A stretch of 64,000 nt of DNA from a virus. The stretch spans positions 6,411-70,410 of IMG/VR virus record IMGVR_UViG_3300032360_001735; one strand, 5' to 3'. A model generated the notes under the pieces. That model saw only the letters and a list, made by a program, of their open reading frames with translations, had not been told where the DNA came from and did not search any database. Shown one piece after another: positions 9,354 through 18,777 of this stretch (position 1 is its first letter; every line of letters begins with the position of its first letter). The translations under genes were made by a program, and so were the position numbers.

Positions 9354-10034
9354 TCAAGACGTATGAGCGCACAAAATAAACATATCTAAGTGTCCCTGTT
9401 GGGCTGTATTTGCCACCACTGGGCTTCCCCAGTGCCATAGCTTTTTATCGTCTATCATTACCATTTCGCCATCATCAAGCTCATATCTTAGAAATGGCTC
9501 GTTTTCATGCGTGTTGAGTGGCCCACCTTGGTCAACTTCATATCTATTTTGGTAAAGATGCACCGCCCCGCCACTGATGTTGTCTCTGCTTATTGAAATC
9601 ATGCCTATTCGGTCAAAGCCGTCTTGATGAACTCCTTCTGGTGCAAGCTTGGATTCTCCGTTTAGGGTAACGCAACGCATCTGGTGAACGTCAATTTTCT
9701 GTCCGTCTATCATGTTATTTGCGTTTTTGAAGATGAGGCAAATCTCCTTAAACCCGTCGCTTTGCAAGACTTCTTCTTCGATATTTTCGAATACGCGCTT
9801 CATTCCCCCTTGGTGCTTATTGTAGTCTTCGCTTTGCGTGAAGTCTTTAATGGGAAGATGCTCTATTTCCGCTTCCTCCTTTGCGTTCCAAAAGCTGGTG
9901 CGAAGCTCTATCACGGAATAACGCCTGAGTCTGAACTTACCGTCCTTGTGGTCTGTTTCTGGAAGCCTGTCGAATGAGTCTTGTAGCTCTGTCACGGCAG
10001 AGTTGCTTATCCTTGTTAGTTCTAGTGTTTTCAT
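9354..10034 (-). CDS. 2OG-Fe(II) dioxygenase family protein
   Basis: RLRRYS, VHQMR, PEGVHQDG (HxD), LWHWGSP (distal His). Confidence 0.85.
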   Translation of the reverse strand: MKTLELTRISNSAVTELQDSFDRLPETDHKDGKFRLRRYSVIELRTSFWNAKEEAEIEHLPIKDFTQSEDYNKHQGGMKRVFENIEEEVLQSDGFKEICLIFKNANNMIDGQKIDVHQMRCVTLNGESKLAPEGVHQDGFDRIGMISISRDNISGGAVHLYQNRYEVDQGGPLNTHENEPFLRYELDDGEMVMIDDKKLWHWGSPVVANTAQQGHLDMFILCAHTS

Positions 10035-10134
10035 TTTTTGTCCTTTCTAAAGAGCGAAAATATAATGTGATAAATAGCGTAAAAGAAGTAACCAACACTA
10101 TAAACCGCTAAAAGAAATAAATCTTTACAATACT

Positions 10135-10968
10135 CTAACCCCTTTTTTTGTTCCATTTAATACTTTCCTTTATTATATTATAGGAAACAAACTTAAGGTT
10201 TTTCCATTCTTTTAATCTCCTCACGACGTAGGGTAGCCAATGTTCGCCAAATGGTATATAAATTCTAACTCTGTACCCTTTATTTTTTAAGTCTCTTTGC
10301 AAGTCTCGCCTGATGCCGTAAAGAAATTCATAATCGTATACGTATTCGGATGATATAATTTTATTTAATAGTTTTTCGTCATGCGTGGCAATCGTTGGTT
10401 TATTTGCCCCTCTGAGCGCCAAATGTGTTGCTAGGCTGGCGAATCGTGCTTGAACGGTTGCTGCGTCGAGGTCGCCCTTGTACGCCCCTTTAACCAGCCT
10501 GACCGAAACATTATTGTCTATTAAGTGGTCAATATCTTCCTCGCTTCTATTTAGGTTAGCCTGTATGGCTACCCCTACATTACCATATTTTTTATTTAAG
10601 GAAATTGCAAGGTTTCTGGTTAGCTCAGTCACGTTGGTGTCTTCCATGTCTAGGCGTATCGTATGCCCGTTCTCTTTGGCTCTCAATGCTATCCTCATTA
10701 CGTAGCGCCAAGAAATATAAGGGTTTATGAGCATCCCTAGTTGAGTGGGCTTGATGGAAATGTCTATATTTCTGCCGTTATAATATTTAATTATTTTAAG
10801 ATACTGCTTGAAAGCTGACTTACAATCACGGATGGTCTTGCTGTGTTCTCCGACGTAATCAACGGACACCTCGTATCCGTCATCTAATAGCTTATTTATG
10901 GAGTTTTTCGCGGAATTAAGATCATAACCCGCTATGAATCGTTTGACTAGTGGAAATAAAAGTTTCAA
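10135..10968 (-). CDS. monofunctional proline dehydrogenase
   Basis: RFIAG, SIKPTQLG, RLDMED, VRLVKGAY, IATHD, RIYIPFG..W.PY..RRL.E. Confidence 0.92.
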   Translation of the reverse strand: MKLLFPLVKRFIAGYDLNSAKNSINKLLDDGYEVSVDYVGEHSKTIRDCKSAFKQYLKIIKYYNGRNIDISIKPTQLGMLINPYISWRYVMRIALRAKENGHTIRLDMEDTNVTELTRNLAISLNKKYGNVGVAIQANLNRSEEDIDHLIDNNVSVRLVKGAYKGDLDAATVQARFASLATHLALRGANKPTIATHDEKLLNKIISSEYVYDYEFLYGIRRDLQRDLKNKGYRVRIYIPFGEHWLPYVVRRLKEWKNLKFVSYNIIKESIKWNKKRG

Positions 10969-10979
10969 CTCATATTATA

Positions 10980-11276
10980 TTAGTTGTTTCTCCTGCTGTT
11001 ATACATTTCTATTTCCTTAACGCCCTCTTTAGCGAAGGTCTGGCAATGCCTTGCAAATTCGCTGCCCATACCTACGTGTTTTGACCCTAGATATGTATAT
11101 AATACTATTGCAAGGTCGTTGTATTCTGCTAGTTTAGCCTTGTCGGCCAATAGTTTTATCGTTTCTTCAAATTCTTTATCGGTCATTGCTCGTCGCATTG
11201 GTGTTTGTAGGGAAAAGGCTTCCTTTCTCGAACACAAGAATCTAATTCTTTTCGCATTTGCTCGCACCTTTCCCAC
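10980..11276 (-). CDS. hypothetical protein (true start probably MTDKE)
   Basis: ORF in the minus-strand run. Confidence 0.5.
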   Translation of the reverse strand: MGKVRANAKRIRFLCSRKEAFSLQTPMRRAMTDKEFEETIKLLADKAKLAEYNDLAIVLYTYLGSKHVGMGSEFARHCQTFAKEGVKEIEMYNSRRNN

Positions 11277-11485
11277 GCTTCTTCTTCTCGTATAGTTTTA
11301 TAATCTCTAGAGTCGCATTTACCCCAACAGAGTACTTGCCAGCAGAGTTTTAGCCTGTTTCTCCAGCTTAATTTATCTTTACCGCTCAATTTATACTCCC
11401 CCGCATTCACTCGTTGTGTCGTGCTCATCCCACCATTTCTTCTCATAGGAGCTATATTCCGCCTCCTTAACTTCTTCGCTCTCAA
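11183..11485 (-). CDS. hypothetical protein
   Basis: ORF in the minus-strand run. Confidence 0.5.
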   Translation of the reverse strand: MRAKKLRRRNIAPMRRNGGMSTTQRVNAGEYKLSGKDKLSWRNRLKLCWQVLCWGKCDSRDYKTIREEEAWERCEQMRKELDSCVRERKPFPYKHQCDEQ

Positions 11486-11508
11486 TTTCTATTGTTATTT
11501 TCATGAGC

Positions 11509-12054
11509 CTATCTGAGTTCCTCTTTTAAAAGCCTCCACCTGTCACTATCTATTTTTTTACTGCCATCATCTATCCTCTTGACCATCTCCACGACTTCTT
11601 CTACCGAGTCGTAAATGTAGTGATGGGGCATCATACCCATCATCCACAGCGGGGTTGCGTGTTTACCTCCCTCCATGGAAATAAAGATCGGCTTTTTCAT
11701 TCTTACCGCTGTAACAATTTCCTCTGCACTCCCCCAGCTTGCTACTTCTGGCAAAAGGTGAGCAATAATGAAATCACTTCTGTCTACGAGATTTAAATCA
11801 TAGCTACGAACTAGCTTCATTCTTTCGGCCACGTCATTGAAGTAACCGTGTTTTTGGCAATGATCTAACGAAAGGCGAGTGTCCTCGTCTTCCTTTACGT
11901 CTTTGACGAAGGGCTTCTCGTATGGGTTAAACACCCTAATTCCAAGAGGGGTAAGTTCTTCTGTAACTTGTGTCCGCCAATCGCGCCCACTGGCATATTG
12001 CATATGCCCTACTAGGTAGGTTCGGGTTTTGTTAAGTAAGTTTTTCTGCTTCAT
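11509..12054 (-). CDS. nucleoside 2-deoxyribosyltransferase-like protein
   Basis: TYLVGHM, VFNPY, DLNLVDRSDFIIA, GSAEEI. Confidence 0.75.
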   Translation of the reverse strand: MKQKNLLNKTRTYLVGHMQYASGRDWRTQVTEELTPLGIRVFNPYEKPFVKDVKEDEDTRLSLDHCQKHGYFNDVAERMKLVRSYDLNLVDRSDFIIAHLLPEVASWGSAEEIVTAVRMKKPIFISMEGGKHATPLWMMGMMPHHYIYDSVEEVVEMVKRIDDGSKKIDSDRWRLLKEELR

Positions 12055-12277
12055 GTTTAGAAGGCCTATAGGTCCCGTCCTCGTAAGCTTCTCTTCGGGA
12101 CTGCATCTTAGCTGCGTATTTGGAGTTCCGAGCTTTTCGGTATTTTTTTCTGCTAGGCTTCTCGTAATACTTTTTCTCTCGGATGATCTTAATTATACCT
12201 TCCCTGCTCACTTTTTTCTTCAAGCGTCTTAGCGCTCTCTCAACTGGCTCGCCTTTTTTAACTTTGATTTCCACCAT
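12032..12277 (-). CDS. rpsU: ribosomal protein bS21
   Basis: VKKGEPVERALRRLKKK...YYEKPS signature. Confidence 0.93.
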   Translation of the reverse strand: MVEIKVKKGEPVERALRRLKKKVSREGIIKIIREKKYYEKPSRKKYRKARNSKYAAKMQSRREAYEDGTYRPSKHEAEKLT

Positions 12278-12431
12278 ATTTTTTTTTAATTTTTTTAACG
12301 ACTTCTCTGTTTACGTCTCTTATAACCCATTTAGAATTATCGATAAACTCTTTGTCGAACTCGGGATTGCGGCCATGATAATGACGATCTAAAGAGACCA
12401 GTATATCTCGGATTTCCGCATAAGTAAGCAT
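12258..12431 (-). CDS. small hypothetical protein (57 aa, not in ORF track)
   Basis: Manual translation MLTYAEIRDILVSLDRHYHGRNPEFDKEF...; preceded by a GTGTAAAA motif variant. Confidence 0.5.
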   Translation of the reverse strand: MLTYAEIRDILVSLDRHYHGRNPEFDKEFIDNSKWVIRDVNREVVKKIKKKYGGNQS

Positions 12432-12445
12432 TGTTGAATTTTACA

Positions 12446-13036
12446 CTATCTTTCATCATAAGGGCGACTGGTTTTTTCGCTTGTATTGCGCTGCACAAAG
12501 GAGCGTAGTTTTTCTGCTATGTCTTTTTCTGAGGTAAGTTTGACCCATTTGGCGTTAAATAGCAACTGCTTGCTACTCATTTTTAGGTATAAGTCTGTTG
12601 GTATAGTGCTAGTTTTAAGCCTAAGACAATTGAACCCCTTCCATGTAAATCCGTCCAAAACGTCCCGAAGCTTTTCGGATGCTTCGTGGCATTTTCTTAT
12701 TTCCGTTAGCTTCTTGGATGCTCCCCTCGAGTTATCACGACGATGGATTTTTCTCTTTTTTACCTCTTCAAGACCATCCTTGAGGTCTTTAGACTTTAGG
12801 CGCACAAATTTGACGTCTCCGTCTTTTTTTGAAATCGGATAAAAAAAGGCACCATTCTCATCGATGTGTATGTGGGGGACCGAGGAGAGTTTCTTTAGTA
12901 TATCGACGCTGGCCCTTTTAGCCTTCTTTTTCTTGTTATACCAATAAGCAGCCTTTTTGGCTACTTCTACGAAATTATTAGCGACAACAACCTTAACGGG
13001 TTTGCCGCTGTACACTATTTCATATAGCTCTGACAC
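12446..13036 (-). CDS. basic hypothetical protein
   Basis: 196 aa ORF; TTGACC-N17-TACTAT promoter 6 nt before the GTG. Confidence 0.65.
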   Translation of the reverse strand: MSELYEIVYSGKPVKVVVANNFVEVAKKAAYWYNKKKKAKRASVDILKKLSSVPHIHIDENGAFFYPISKKDGDVKFVRLKSKDLKDGLEEVKKRKIHRRDNSRGASKKLTEIRKCHEASEKLRDVLDGFTWKGFNCLRLKTSTIPTDLYLKMSSKQLLFNAKWVKLTSEKDIAEKLRSFVQRNTSEKTSRPYDER

Positions 13037-13075
13037 TATCTAATAGTAGGTCATTTCTAAGAAAAGGTCAAGAGA

Positions 13076-13264
13076 TCATTTAGAGTTCTTTAATGTATTG
13101 AAGCCTTTGCGAGCAATACTGTTTATTTCAATGGCTTTTTCCCAAGTCTCGTTTTTTTCATTTCTATTTTTATTTATTAATAAAAGAGACTCCTTGCCTA
13201 TTCTTTCGAAAAACTGCATGGCTTCATCTACATTACTATCGTGGCTTTGTCCACAGCATGACAT
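13076..13264 (-). CDS. small hypothetical protein
   Basis: 62 aa; GTGTAAAT-N6-ATG upstream. Confidence 0.6.
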   Translation of the reverse strand: MSCCGQSHDSNVDEAMQFFERIGKESLLLINKNRNEKNETWEKAIEINSIARKGFNTLKNSK

Positions 13265-13270
13265 GCATAT

Positions 13271-13278
13271 ATTTACAC
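13271..13278 (-). promoter_or_regulatory. GTGTAAAT motif 6 nt upstream of a start codon (candidate phage-sigma/late promoter)
   Basis: Same motif and spacing at 16829, 17699, 18776, 35449 and 36502. Confidence 0.7.
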
Positions 13279-13300
13279 GCTTTGAGGCTCAATTCTGCCA

Positions 13301-14260
13301 TTATAGGAGTATCGTGGTCGATTCAGAATTAATCCTCTGACGGGCAAAATAATTAAATTGACTTTTATTGCATATAATCCGCTTGCCCTCGCACATCAAT
13401 TCCATGTCTAACAGAGCATCACAAATGAGAGTCCAAGGGTTAGTGTTAATGGGGGTAAGTACTGGGTAAGAGTGGGTCGTTGCGTTATGCCCCGGTCCAC
13501 AACCATAGGGCAACCAACATCGATCTGAGTGGAATACCCTGTCTCCAAAGAGTTCCTGACACTTATTGACGAACCTAACGTCATCTGAACAGACAAAGAA
13601 GTCGCTGTCATGTTTTCTCATCTCTTCAAGGAAAAGATTCTCAGCTATGGTCATGCGGGCACGGGAAGCCGAGACATTAAACTCGTTTGCGGGTACTTCA
13701 AGCTCTCCGTTGCCGAGTCTGGCGTGAACGACGGTGCTATTTTTAACGCGAGGTAATAGTAATTCGAATTGCGCTCTATCTCTCACTTTTATGGGTAATT
13801 CAGAATAATTGGGTACTGCCCCCTCAACGGCGGATTCCCGTCGCTCTAAAAGATATTTCCATACATTGATAAGTCCTTCGTTGGGGTATCCATATTTGAC
13901 CGGCCCAGCACGGCCACCAGAAAGCCAGTTTATAATCTCGCGTTGAAGCGGCCACCAGTCTCCCCACTCAAGAACCCGCAGCCATGGTTTATTTTGGTGT
14001 TGTCGTATTGAGTCTAGTTCTTTTGAGTTATATATTACCCTAGGGTGAAACTCTAATAACCGACTGGCCTCCTCGTCGCTGTAGTATTCGCTGCTGGGAA
14101 AGCCTGTTTCGTTGTGAACCCCCTTAAAAAATGGGAATGTGCGTAAATCACACAGAACAGACAAATCAAACCTATCGGCGAATATCAAAAGGCTGGCTAG
14201 CCCTTCCAATTGTCCGCCTAGACCATCTCCTCTTTTTCTGCTTGTATATTTTATGTCCAT
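13301..14260 (-). CDS. NodZ/GT23-like fucosyltransferase
   Basis: GDGLGGQL, VVHARLGNGE, FFVCSDD, ALLDMELM pattern of GT-B fucosyltransferases. Confidence 0.6.
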   Translation of the reverse strand: MDIKYTSRKRGDGLGGQLEGLASLLIFADRFDLSVLCDLRTFPFFKGVHNETGFPSSEYYSDEEASRLLEFHPRVIYNSKELDSIRQHQNKPWLRVLEWGDWWPLQREIINWLSGGRAGPVKYGYPNEGLINVWKYLLERRESAVEGAVPNYSELPIKVRDRAQFELLLPRVKNSTVVHARLGNGELEVPANEFNVSASRARMTIAENLFLEEMRKHDSDFFVCSDDVRFVNKCQELFGDRVFHSDRCWLPYGCGPGHNATTHSYPVLTPINTNPWTLICDALLDMELMCEGKRIICNKSQFNYFARQRINSESTTILL

Positions 14261-14830
14261 TCAAGGAAGACGGTTTTCAATCTTTGAAACGATCCGTAGG
14301 AAAAAGCCCAAAGCTCTAGCGGAAAGCACTAGGAAAAATCTTATTACGAAACTGACATACCATAGCGGCTTATACCACCACTTCTTTTTGGTGGCGACTT
14401 CTTCGCTTAACATTTTTCGTGTTCGCTCTTGGAATTTTACTCGGTCTGTGTTTTTGTTTTTTTCCCATTCAAGGAGTTCGATTTCTTTTAAATCTCCCTT
14501 CCAGAATAGAGTTTTGAATGACATAACGAAATCGTATTTGTCCTCCAAATGTACCCCGTGGAAGATTAGTTCTCCTGTGTACTCTTTTTTTTCTATGCCT
14601 ACGGAAAAGGTCTCCAAGGAATCTTCTTCCACTTTGAAGTCCATCTTCTCTTCGTAGATCTGGCCGTCTGATTCAATCGAGAAGGTGCTAAAAAGATTCT
14701 CGGAAAGGCTCTGGTTCTCGGTGAACTGGAACATCGTTTCCCCCCAGTTGGGGGGATTTTTCATTTCTTCCGCTAATTCTTCCGGTATCGGCAATGGGTA
14801 CTCGACCTTGACTTGGTTTAAGTTAAACAT
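14261..14830 (-). CDS. hypothetical phage protein with C-terminal membrane segment
   Basis: 189 aa ORF coupled to its neighbours. Confidence 0.65.
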   Translation of the reverse strand: MFNLNQVKVEYPLPIPEELAEEMKNPPNWGETMFQFTENQSLSENLFSTFSIESDGQIYEEKMDFKVEEDSLETFSVGIEKKEYTGELIFHGVHLEDKYDFVMSFKTLFWKGDLKEIELLEWEKNKNTDRVKFQERTRKMLSEEVATKKKWWYKPLWYVSFVIRFFLVLSARALGFFLRIVSKIENRLP

Positions 14831-15428
14831 CCCAGTCTGCCCTTTGAAGCTCCTTCCTTAAATAGTAAACCCTTGACATAACTGTCCCAAGTGGGACATT
14901 AGCCTCTCGGGAAGCCTCCTCATAAGTCATTCCTCTTAGCAAAACTAGATCGGCTATTTGCTGTTTCTCCTTAGACAGGGAGTTCATTATTTTATTAAAT
15001 TTTTTAGACTTGAATGAGAACCCATCTTTTTCCTCTAAGTTTTTAGCTGGCGTTTCTATTTCTGGGCGAATTTTAGCTAAGAGAAGTTCCTCTCCTGACT
15101 CGCCGCTGTTGTGGCTGAATGCGCAAGCGTCCTCGAAGAAGACTTCTCTTTTGCTCTTTCTTGCGTAGTCGTAGAACGCATTGAAGGCTATTCTGATAAT
15201 CCAAGTCAACAGTTTGCTTTTATTTTGAAAAAGGCCAATTTTTTTCCAAACTTTTATCCAAGTTATTTGGGTTATCTCTTCGGCGAGAAGATAATTACCG
15301 CATTTCGACAATACAAAAGACCTTACCCTGTCATTGTATTTCTCGTGGACAAAATCGAAAGCCTTAGAGTCTCCTTTTTTAAGGAGGTTGCAAAGCTTTT
15401 CTTCGCTTAGCGATTGATAATCAATCAT
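14823..15428 (-). CDS. ECF-type RNA polymerase sigma factor
   Basis: AEEITQITWIKVW, LLTWIIRIAFN, region 4 MTYEEAS...VPLGTVMSRVYY. Confidence 0.9.
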   Translation of the reverse strand: MIDYQSLSEEKLCNLLKKGDSKAFDFVHEKYNDRVRSFVLSKCGNYLLAEEITQITWIKVWKKIGLFQNKSKLLTWIIRIAFNAFYDYARKSKREVFFEDACAFSHNSGESGEELLLAKIRPEIETPAKNLEEKDGFSFKSKKFNKIMNSLSKEKQQIADLVLLRGMTYEEASREANVPLGTVMSRVYYLRKELQRADWDV

Positions 15429-15472
15429 ATAGAAAGCTAAGCTTTTTTCTAGGGGAAGTCAAGAGGTATTGA

Positions 15473-15832
15473 TTATTTACCTTTATATGTTCTTTTTCCG
15501 GAACGCTCAATTTTTCTCCAAGAGCATTCTTGATAAAGGAATCTGCTAAGAGCATTCGCGAATGTCGTCACTGATCTTTCGGTCTTGTCCCAAAAAAATG
15601 CGTGGGCAAATTCGTGTATGCAGGTGTTTAGCTCTGACTGTTTTGTTAAATAGGGGTTAATGTATATGCGGGGTCTTTTGTCGTCTGGAGCGTAACACAC
15701 GCCGTCTGCTTCATCGTAATGTTTGCCGTGAGGCTTCTTAAATAGAACAACATACTCTACGCCTTTAGAGTTCTTAAAGGTGAAGAGGTCGTCGTCTTTT
15801 TTCTTTGCTTTCTTTTTCTTTTTTGCTGCCAT
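15473..15832 (-). CDS. HExxH zincin-like metalloprotein
   Basis: NTCIHEFAHAF motif preceded by GVCY and IYINP. Confidence 0.65.
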   Translation of the reverse strand: MAAKKKKKAKKKDDDLFTFKNSKGVEYVVLFKKPHGKHYDEADGVCYAPDDKRPRIYINPYLTKQSELNTCIHEFAHAFFWDKTERSVTTFANALSRFLYQECSWRKIERSGKRTYKGK

Positions 15833-15837
15833 ACGTA

Positions 15838-16203
15838 TTATTTAAAATGGGGGTTTTTTCTGCGTTTTTGTATTCTTTTCTGCTGTTTGGCATACTGTTC
15901 AAGTTGTTTCCTTTGCTCTTCGTCATGGACATGAACATTCGGGAGCCAAGTTTTAAGGACATCGCAAACCTTAATAAGCCAGTCGATGCACTCTTGGGCT
16001 TCTTGCTTGTCGTGGTCTAGCATCACCTCGTCTGGCACACGGGTTTTGGAAAGGAAGGATTTAAAGTGCTCTAAGGTTTGGGCTTGATAGTAATCGGGTT
16101 GGACACTATTTTTTTTGCAAAGACACAGTTTGTAGTTGAGGGACTGACCTTTCTTTTTCCGTTGTCTCTCCCTCCAACCATGCTGTCGCACCATCATAAC
16201 CAT
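15838..16203 (-). CDS. hypothetical protein with divergent cyclic-phosphate-processing receiver-like domain
   Basis: PDEVMLDHD...CIDWLI...PNVHVH pattern; start trimmed to remove overlap with 16227..16514. Confidence 0.45.
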   Translation of the reverse strand: MVMMVRQHGWRERQRKKKGQSLNYKLCLCKKNSVQPDYYQAQTLEHFKSFLSKTRVPDEVMLDHDKQEAQECIDWLIKVCDVLKTWLPNVHVHDEEQRKQLEQYAKQQKRIQKRRKNPHFK

Positions 16204-16226
16204 CTCGTCATTTGAGATGTCTAGCT

Positions 16227-16514
16227 CTATTCGCCTTGGGTTTTTTTTCCTTTTTTGCATTCTTTCATCCTTTTCGTAAAATATTCTGCGAGCTTTTTGT
16301 CGAACTCTCTTATTTGAGCCGCTTCGAAGTATCCTTTGTTTTCTAGATACTCCAGTTTTCTTTCTAGATTCTCTAGCTTTTTTATGTCTCCCTCGTTGTC
16401 GTCTAGTTGCCAAGCCTCGTTCATCGCTTTTTCAGATTGGGCTTGCCACCAATTCATAGACTCATTTAATACATCGACCTGTTTAGCTAGTTCGTCAAGT
16501 TCTTTATTGCTCAT
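16227..16514 (-). CDS. coiled-coil hypothetical protein
   Basis: 95 aa helical ORF. Confidence 0.6.
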   Translation of the reverse strand: MSNKELDELAKQVDVLNESMNWWQAQSEKAMNEAWQLDDNEGDIKKLENLERKLEYLENKGYFEAAQIREFDKKLAEYFTKRMKECKKGKKTQGE

Positions 16515-16822
16515 AGTAAAAAATCAGAATTATTCTCGTCGTCGAGCCTGTTAGTAACTGTAATTACGAATTTCTTATTCGCGTCTTTTATCTCTACGTG
16601 GAAATCTTCATGTCCTATCTCTATCGACTTTTTTTTTAAAAACTTATAAAAACAATCATGGCAAATAAAGCGGGTTTTGTCATTCATGATTATGTTAAAG
16701 TAGACGAGCTTTTGAGCTTTGTAAAGAATATCGTAATCCCTCTTTGAGTAAGAGAGATCACATCTTTCGCATGACGCTTCACCCTTAATCTTGTAAGGGC
16801 GAATAACTGTAAGCTGAACCAT
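16511..16822 (-). CDS. hypothetical protein with CxxC...CxxC zinc site
   Basis: CERC and CHDC; start placed at MVQL because GTGTAAAT lies 6 nt upstream. Confidence 0.6.
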   Translation of the reverse strand: MVQLTVIRPYKIKGEASCERCDLSYSKRDYDILYKAQKLVYFNIIMNDKTRFICHDCFYKFLKKKSIEIGHEDFHVEIKDANKKFVITVTNRLDDENNSDFLL

Positions 16823-17115
16823 GTCATTATTTACACCCGTCAACATCATCATTATTGTAATAATAGTCAAAAATTTCTTTTGAGTCTACCTCTGGCTCTC
16901 TGCCTAAATATATTGCTACCAAAAAAGAGCCAATAAAGCAAAGCACTACTTCAAAAATCGGAGCTTCCATCGTCTATCTTTCTTCTATGATAAGCTTTTC
17001 ACCCTCAGGCTGTATTTTTTTTCTATGTGCTTCTGCCATAGCCTTGCCTTCCTCTGTAAACGGGAAGGCTCCGTAGATGTAGCTATTCTTATCAAGAATT
17101 ACGTAGCATTTTTCT

Positions 17116-17319
17116 TTATTTTTTATTTTCGGCATTTTTATGATTTTCTAAAAGTTCCTTAGTCAGTTTAAGGTGGTGAGTGATCCACCCGTCTCCGTCA
17201 GCAAGGGGATTCATCCAGTCTGCGCGCCGCTGCTCAAACCTGTCATCGATCTCGCTCTTTTCGATAACTTGCTCAAGCAGAATCAGGGCTTGTTCAAAAT
17301 CTGATCTTTGGGCACTCAT
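17116..17319 (-). CDS. hypothetical protein
   Basis: 67 aa ORF with an upstream promoter-like sequence. Confidence 0.55.
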   Translation of the reverse strand: MSAQRSDFEQALILLEQVIEKSEIDDRFEQRRADWMNPLADGDGWITHHLKLTKELLENHKNAENKK

Positions 17320-17371
17320 GCACTCTAATCAATATAATAGCGGAATTCTAACGTAAAGTCCAGAACTTTTG

Positions 17372-17692
17372 TTACTTTAGTCGCTCTGGGAGGTCTTCAA
17401 ATGGGGTTGGCAGAAAAATAGTCCCCCTAAGCTCGCGTTCTGGGTCAACCATCTGCTCCATTGAGAACCCCTCAGATTCCGCCCACATCCATTTTCTGAC
17501 ATCTATGATGAAGCTTTCCAGCTTAGCTTTACCCCCTTTCGGCCCACATAGACCAATGGCTGCAACCTTTTCGTTTTTCCTGTTCACGAGTAAAATTAGA
17601 CTTTTTTCACATTCGACAATCTCAATTTCGAATCCCAAAACTCTACAGTAAGTTCTGCATAGCTTGGCCTTGGCTTTCAGTAGGTGATTCAC
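17372..17692 (-). CDS. hypothetical protein
   Basis: 106 aa; GTGTAATT-N6-GTG upstream. Confidence 0.6.
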   Translation of the reverse strand: MNHLLKAKAKLCRTYCRVLGFEIEIVECEKSLILLVNRKNEKVAAIGLCGPKGGKAKLESFIIDVRKWMWAESEGFSMEQMVDPERELRGTIFLPTPFEDLPERLK

Positions 17693-17756
17693 GCAATTAA
17701 TTACACAATCATTTATTTCTTATGAAAATAAAGAGAACTACGCTATAATAAGAAGA

Positions 17757-18308
17757 ATGAAACATATTCCGAAATGCCTAAGGCACCCTCTCTGGTTGTT
17801 AGCTATTATTTTGTTCGTTTGGTACCTGTCCTTTGGCTATAAATATGGATTTATTTACAATCACGGTGTTAGCATGCAGCCCACCATCGAGGATGGGGAG
17901 TGGATTATAATGCAGAAAAGATCCACCATGGAGAAAAAGTGGACGCCAGACAGATATGACGTTGTTATCATTAATGATGTGAGCGCGGGAGACAGGCTCT
18001 CTAAAAGAATTATAGGCTTACCCGGAGACACTATAGAAGTCAATGAGGGGGTCATATATTTGAATGGAAGAGAATTAGAAGACCCATTTGGAAAAGGAAA
18101 AATACTGGTCTATCTCGTAGACGACAACGATAAAAACTTAATATACTGGAATGGGCCAGAAGCGGGTGCGCCAGTCGTGCAAATGATAAGCCACACAAAA
18201 GAAAAAATTAAAGAAGGGTATGTATGGGTTATTGGGGACAATAGATCAGAATCTTGGTACGGTATGTTACCAATAAAAGATATAAAAGGGCTAGCGGTGA
18301 TCTTTTGA
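17757..18308 (+). CDS. lepB: signal peptidase I (S26)
   Basis: N-terminal TM, GVSMQPT (catalytic Ser), SKRIIGLPGD (catalytic Lys), WVIGDNR. Confidence 0.92.
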   Translation: MKHIPKCLRHPLWLLAIILFVWYLSFGYKYGFIYNHGVSMQPTIEDGEWIIMQKRSTMEKKWTPDRYDVVIINDVSAGDRLSKRIIGLPGDTIEVNEGVIYLNGRELEDPFGKGKILVYLVDDNDKNLIYWNGPEAGAPVVQMISHTKEKIKEGYVWVIGDNRSESWYGMLPIKDIKGLAVIF

Positions 18309-18311
18309 AAA

Positions 18312-18524
18312 ATGGATATAGATAAACTAATCTTGAACGGAATATCCGTAGAAGTGCATCATGACAAAACCGGTAGCTGGAAAAAAGATAAAATTTACAT
18401 ATACGACTGTACTGAAGAGCTCCCCGAGGAGGAGGCACAACGCATGGTGGATTATCTATACCAAGAAGGGTTCATAATGGACAGGAGGACGGAGATGACA
18501 ATAGTCAGAGGTGGACTCTATTAA
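18312..18524 (+). CDS. hypothetical protein
   Basis: 70 aa, directly after lepB. Confidence 0.6.
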   Translation: MDIDKLILNGISVEVHHDKTGSWKKDKIYIYDCTEELPEEEAQRMVDYLYQEGFIMDRRTEMTIVRGGLY

Positions 18525-18769
18525 TCCTCCCAGACCCAGCCGCCCCTGCCGCCATCAAAAATTTTTCTTCTAACTTTTGGCTTCGGCTCTTCTTCTGGGG
18601 TTTCTCCCTTGTCTCCCTTGTCTCCCTTGTCGTGACAGTCGCACTTACATTTATCGAAATTACACAGGCCGACCTTGCAGACCCAATGTTTCAGTCTCCT
18701 CCATAAATTACCATGCTCTGGATCCTTTTTGACAAATTTACCAACTCCCGAACTCCATGTGCTACTCAT
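18521..18769 (-). CDS. small Cys-containing protein with KGD triplet repeat
   Basis: CKVGLCNFDKCKCDCH then KGDKGDKGE; GTGTAATT-N6-ATG upstream. Confidence 0.55.
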   Translation of the reverse strand: MSSTWSSGVGKFVKKDPEHGNLWRRLKHWVCKVGLCNFDKCKCDCHDKGDKGDKGETPEEEPKPKVRRKIFDGGRGGWVWED

Positions 18770-18777
18770 AACATAAA

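Noticed and set aside
18600-18632. Collagen-like tail-fibre repeat (KGDKGDKGE)
   Set aside because: Only three triplets in an 82-aa protein, too short for a collagen domain.
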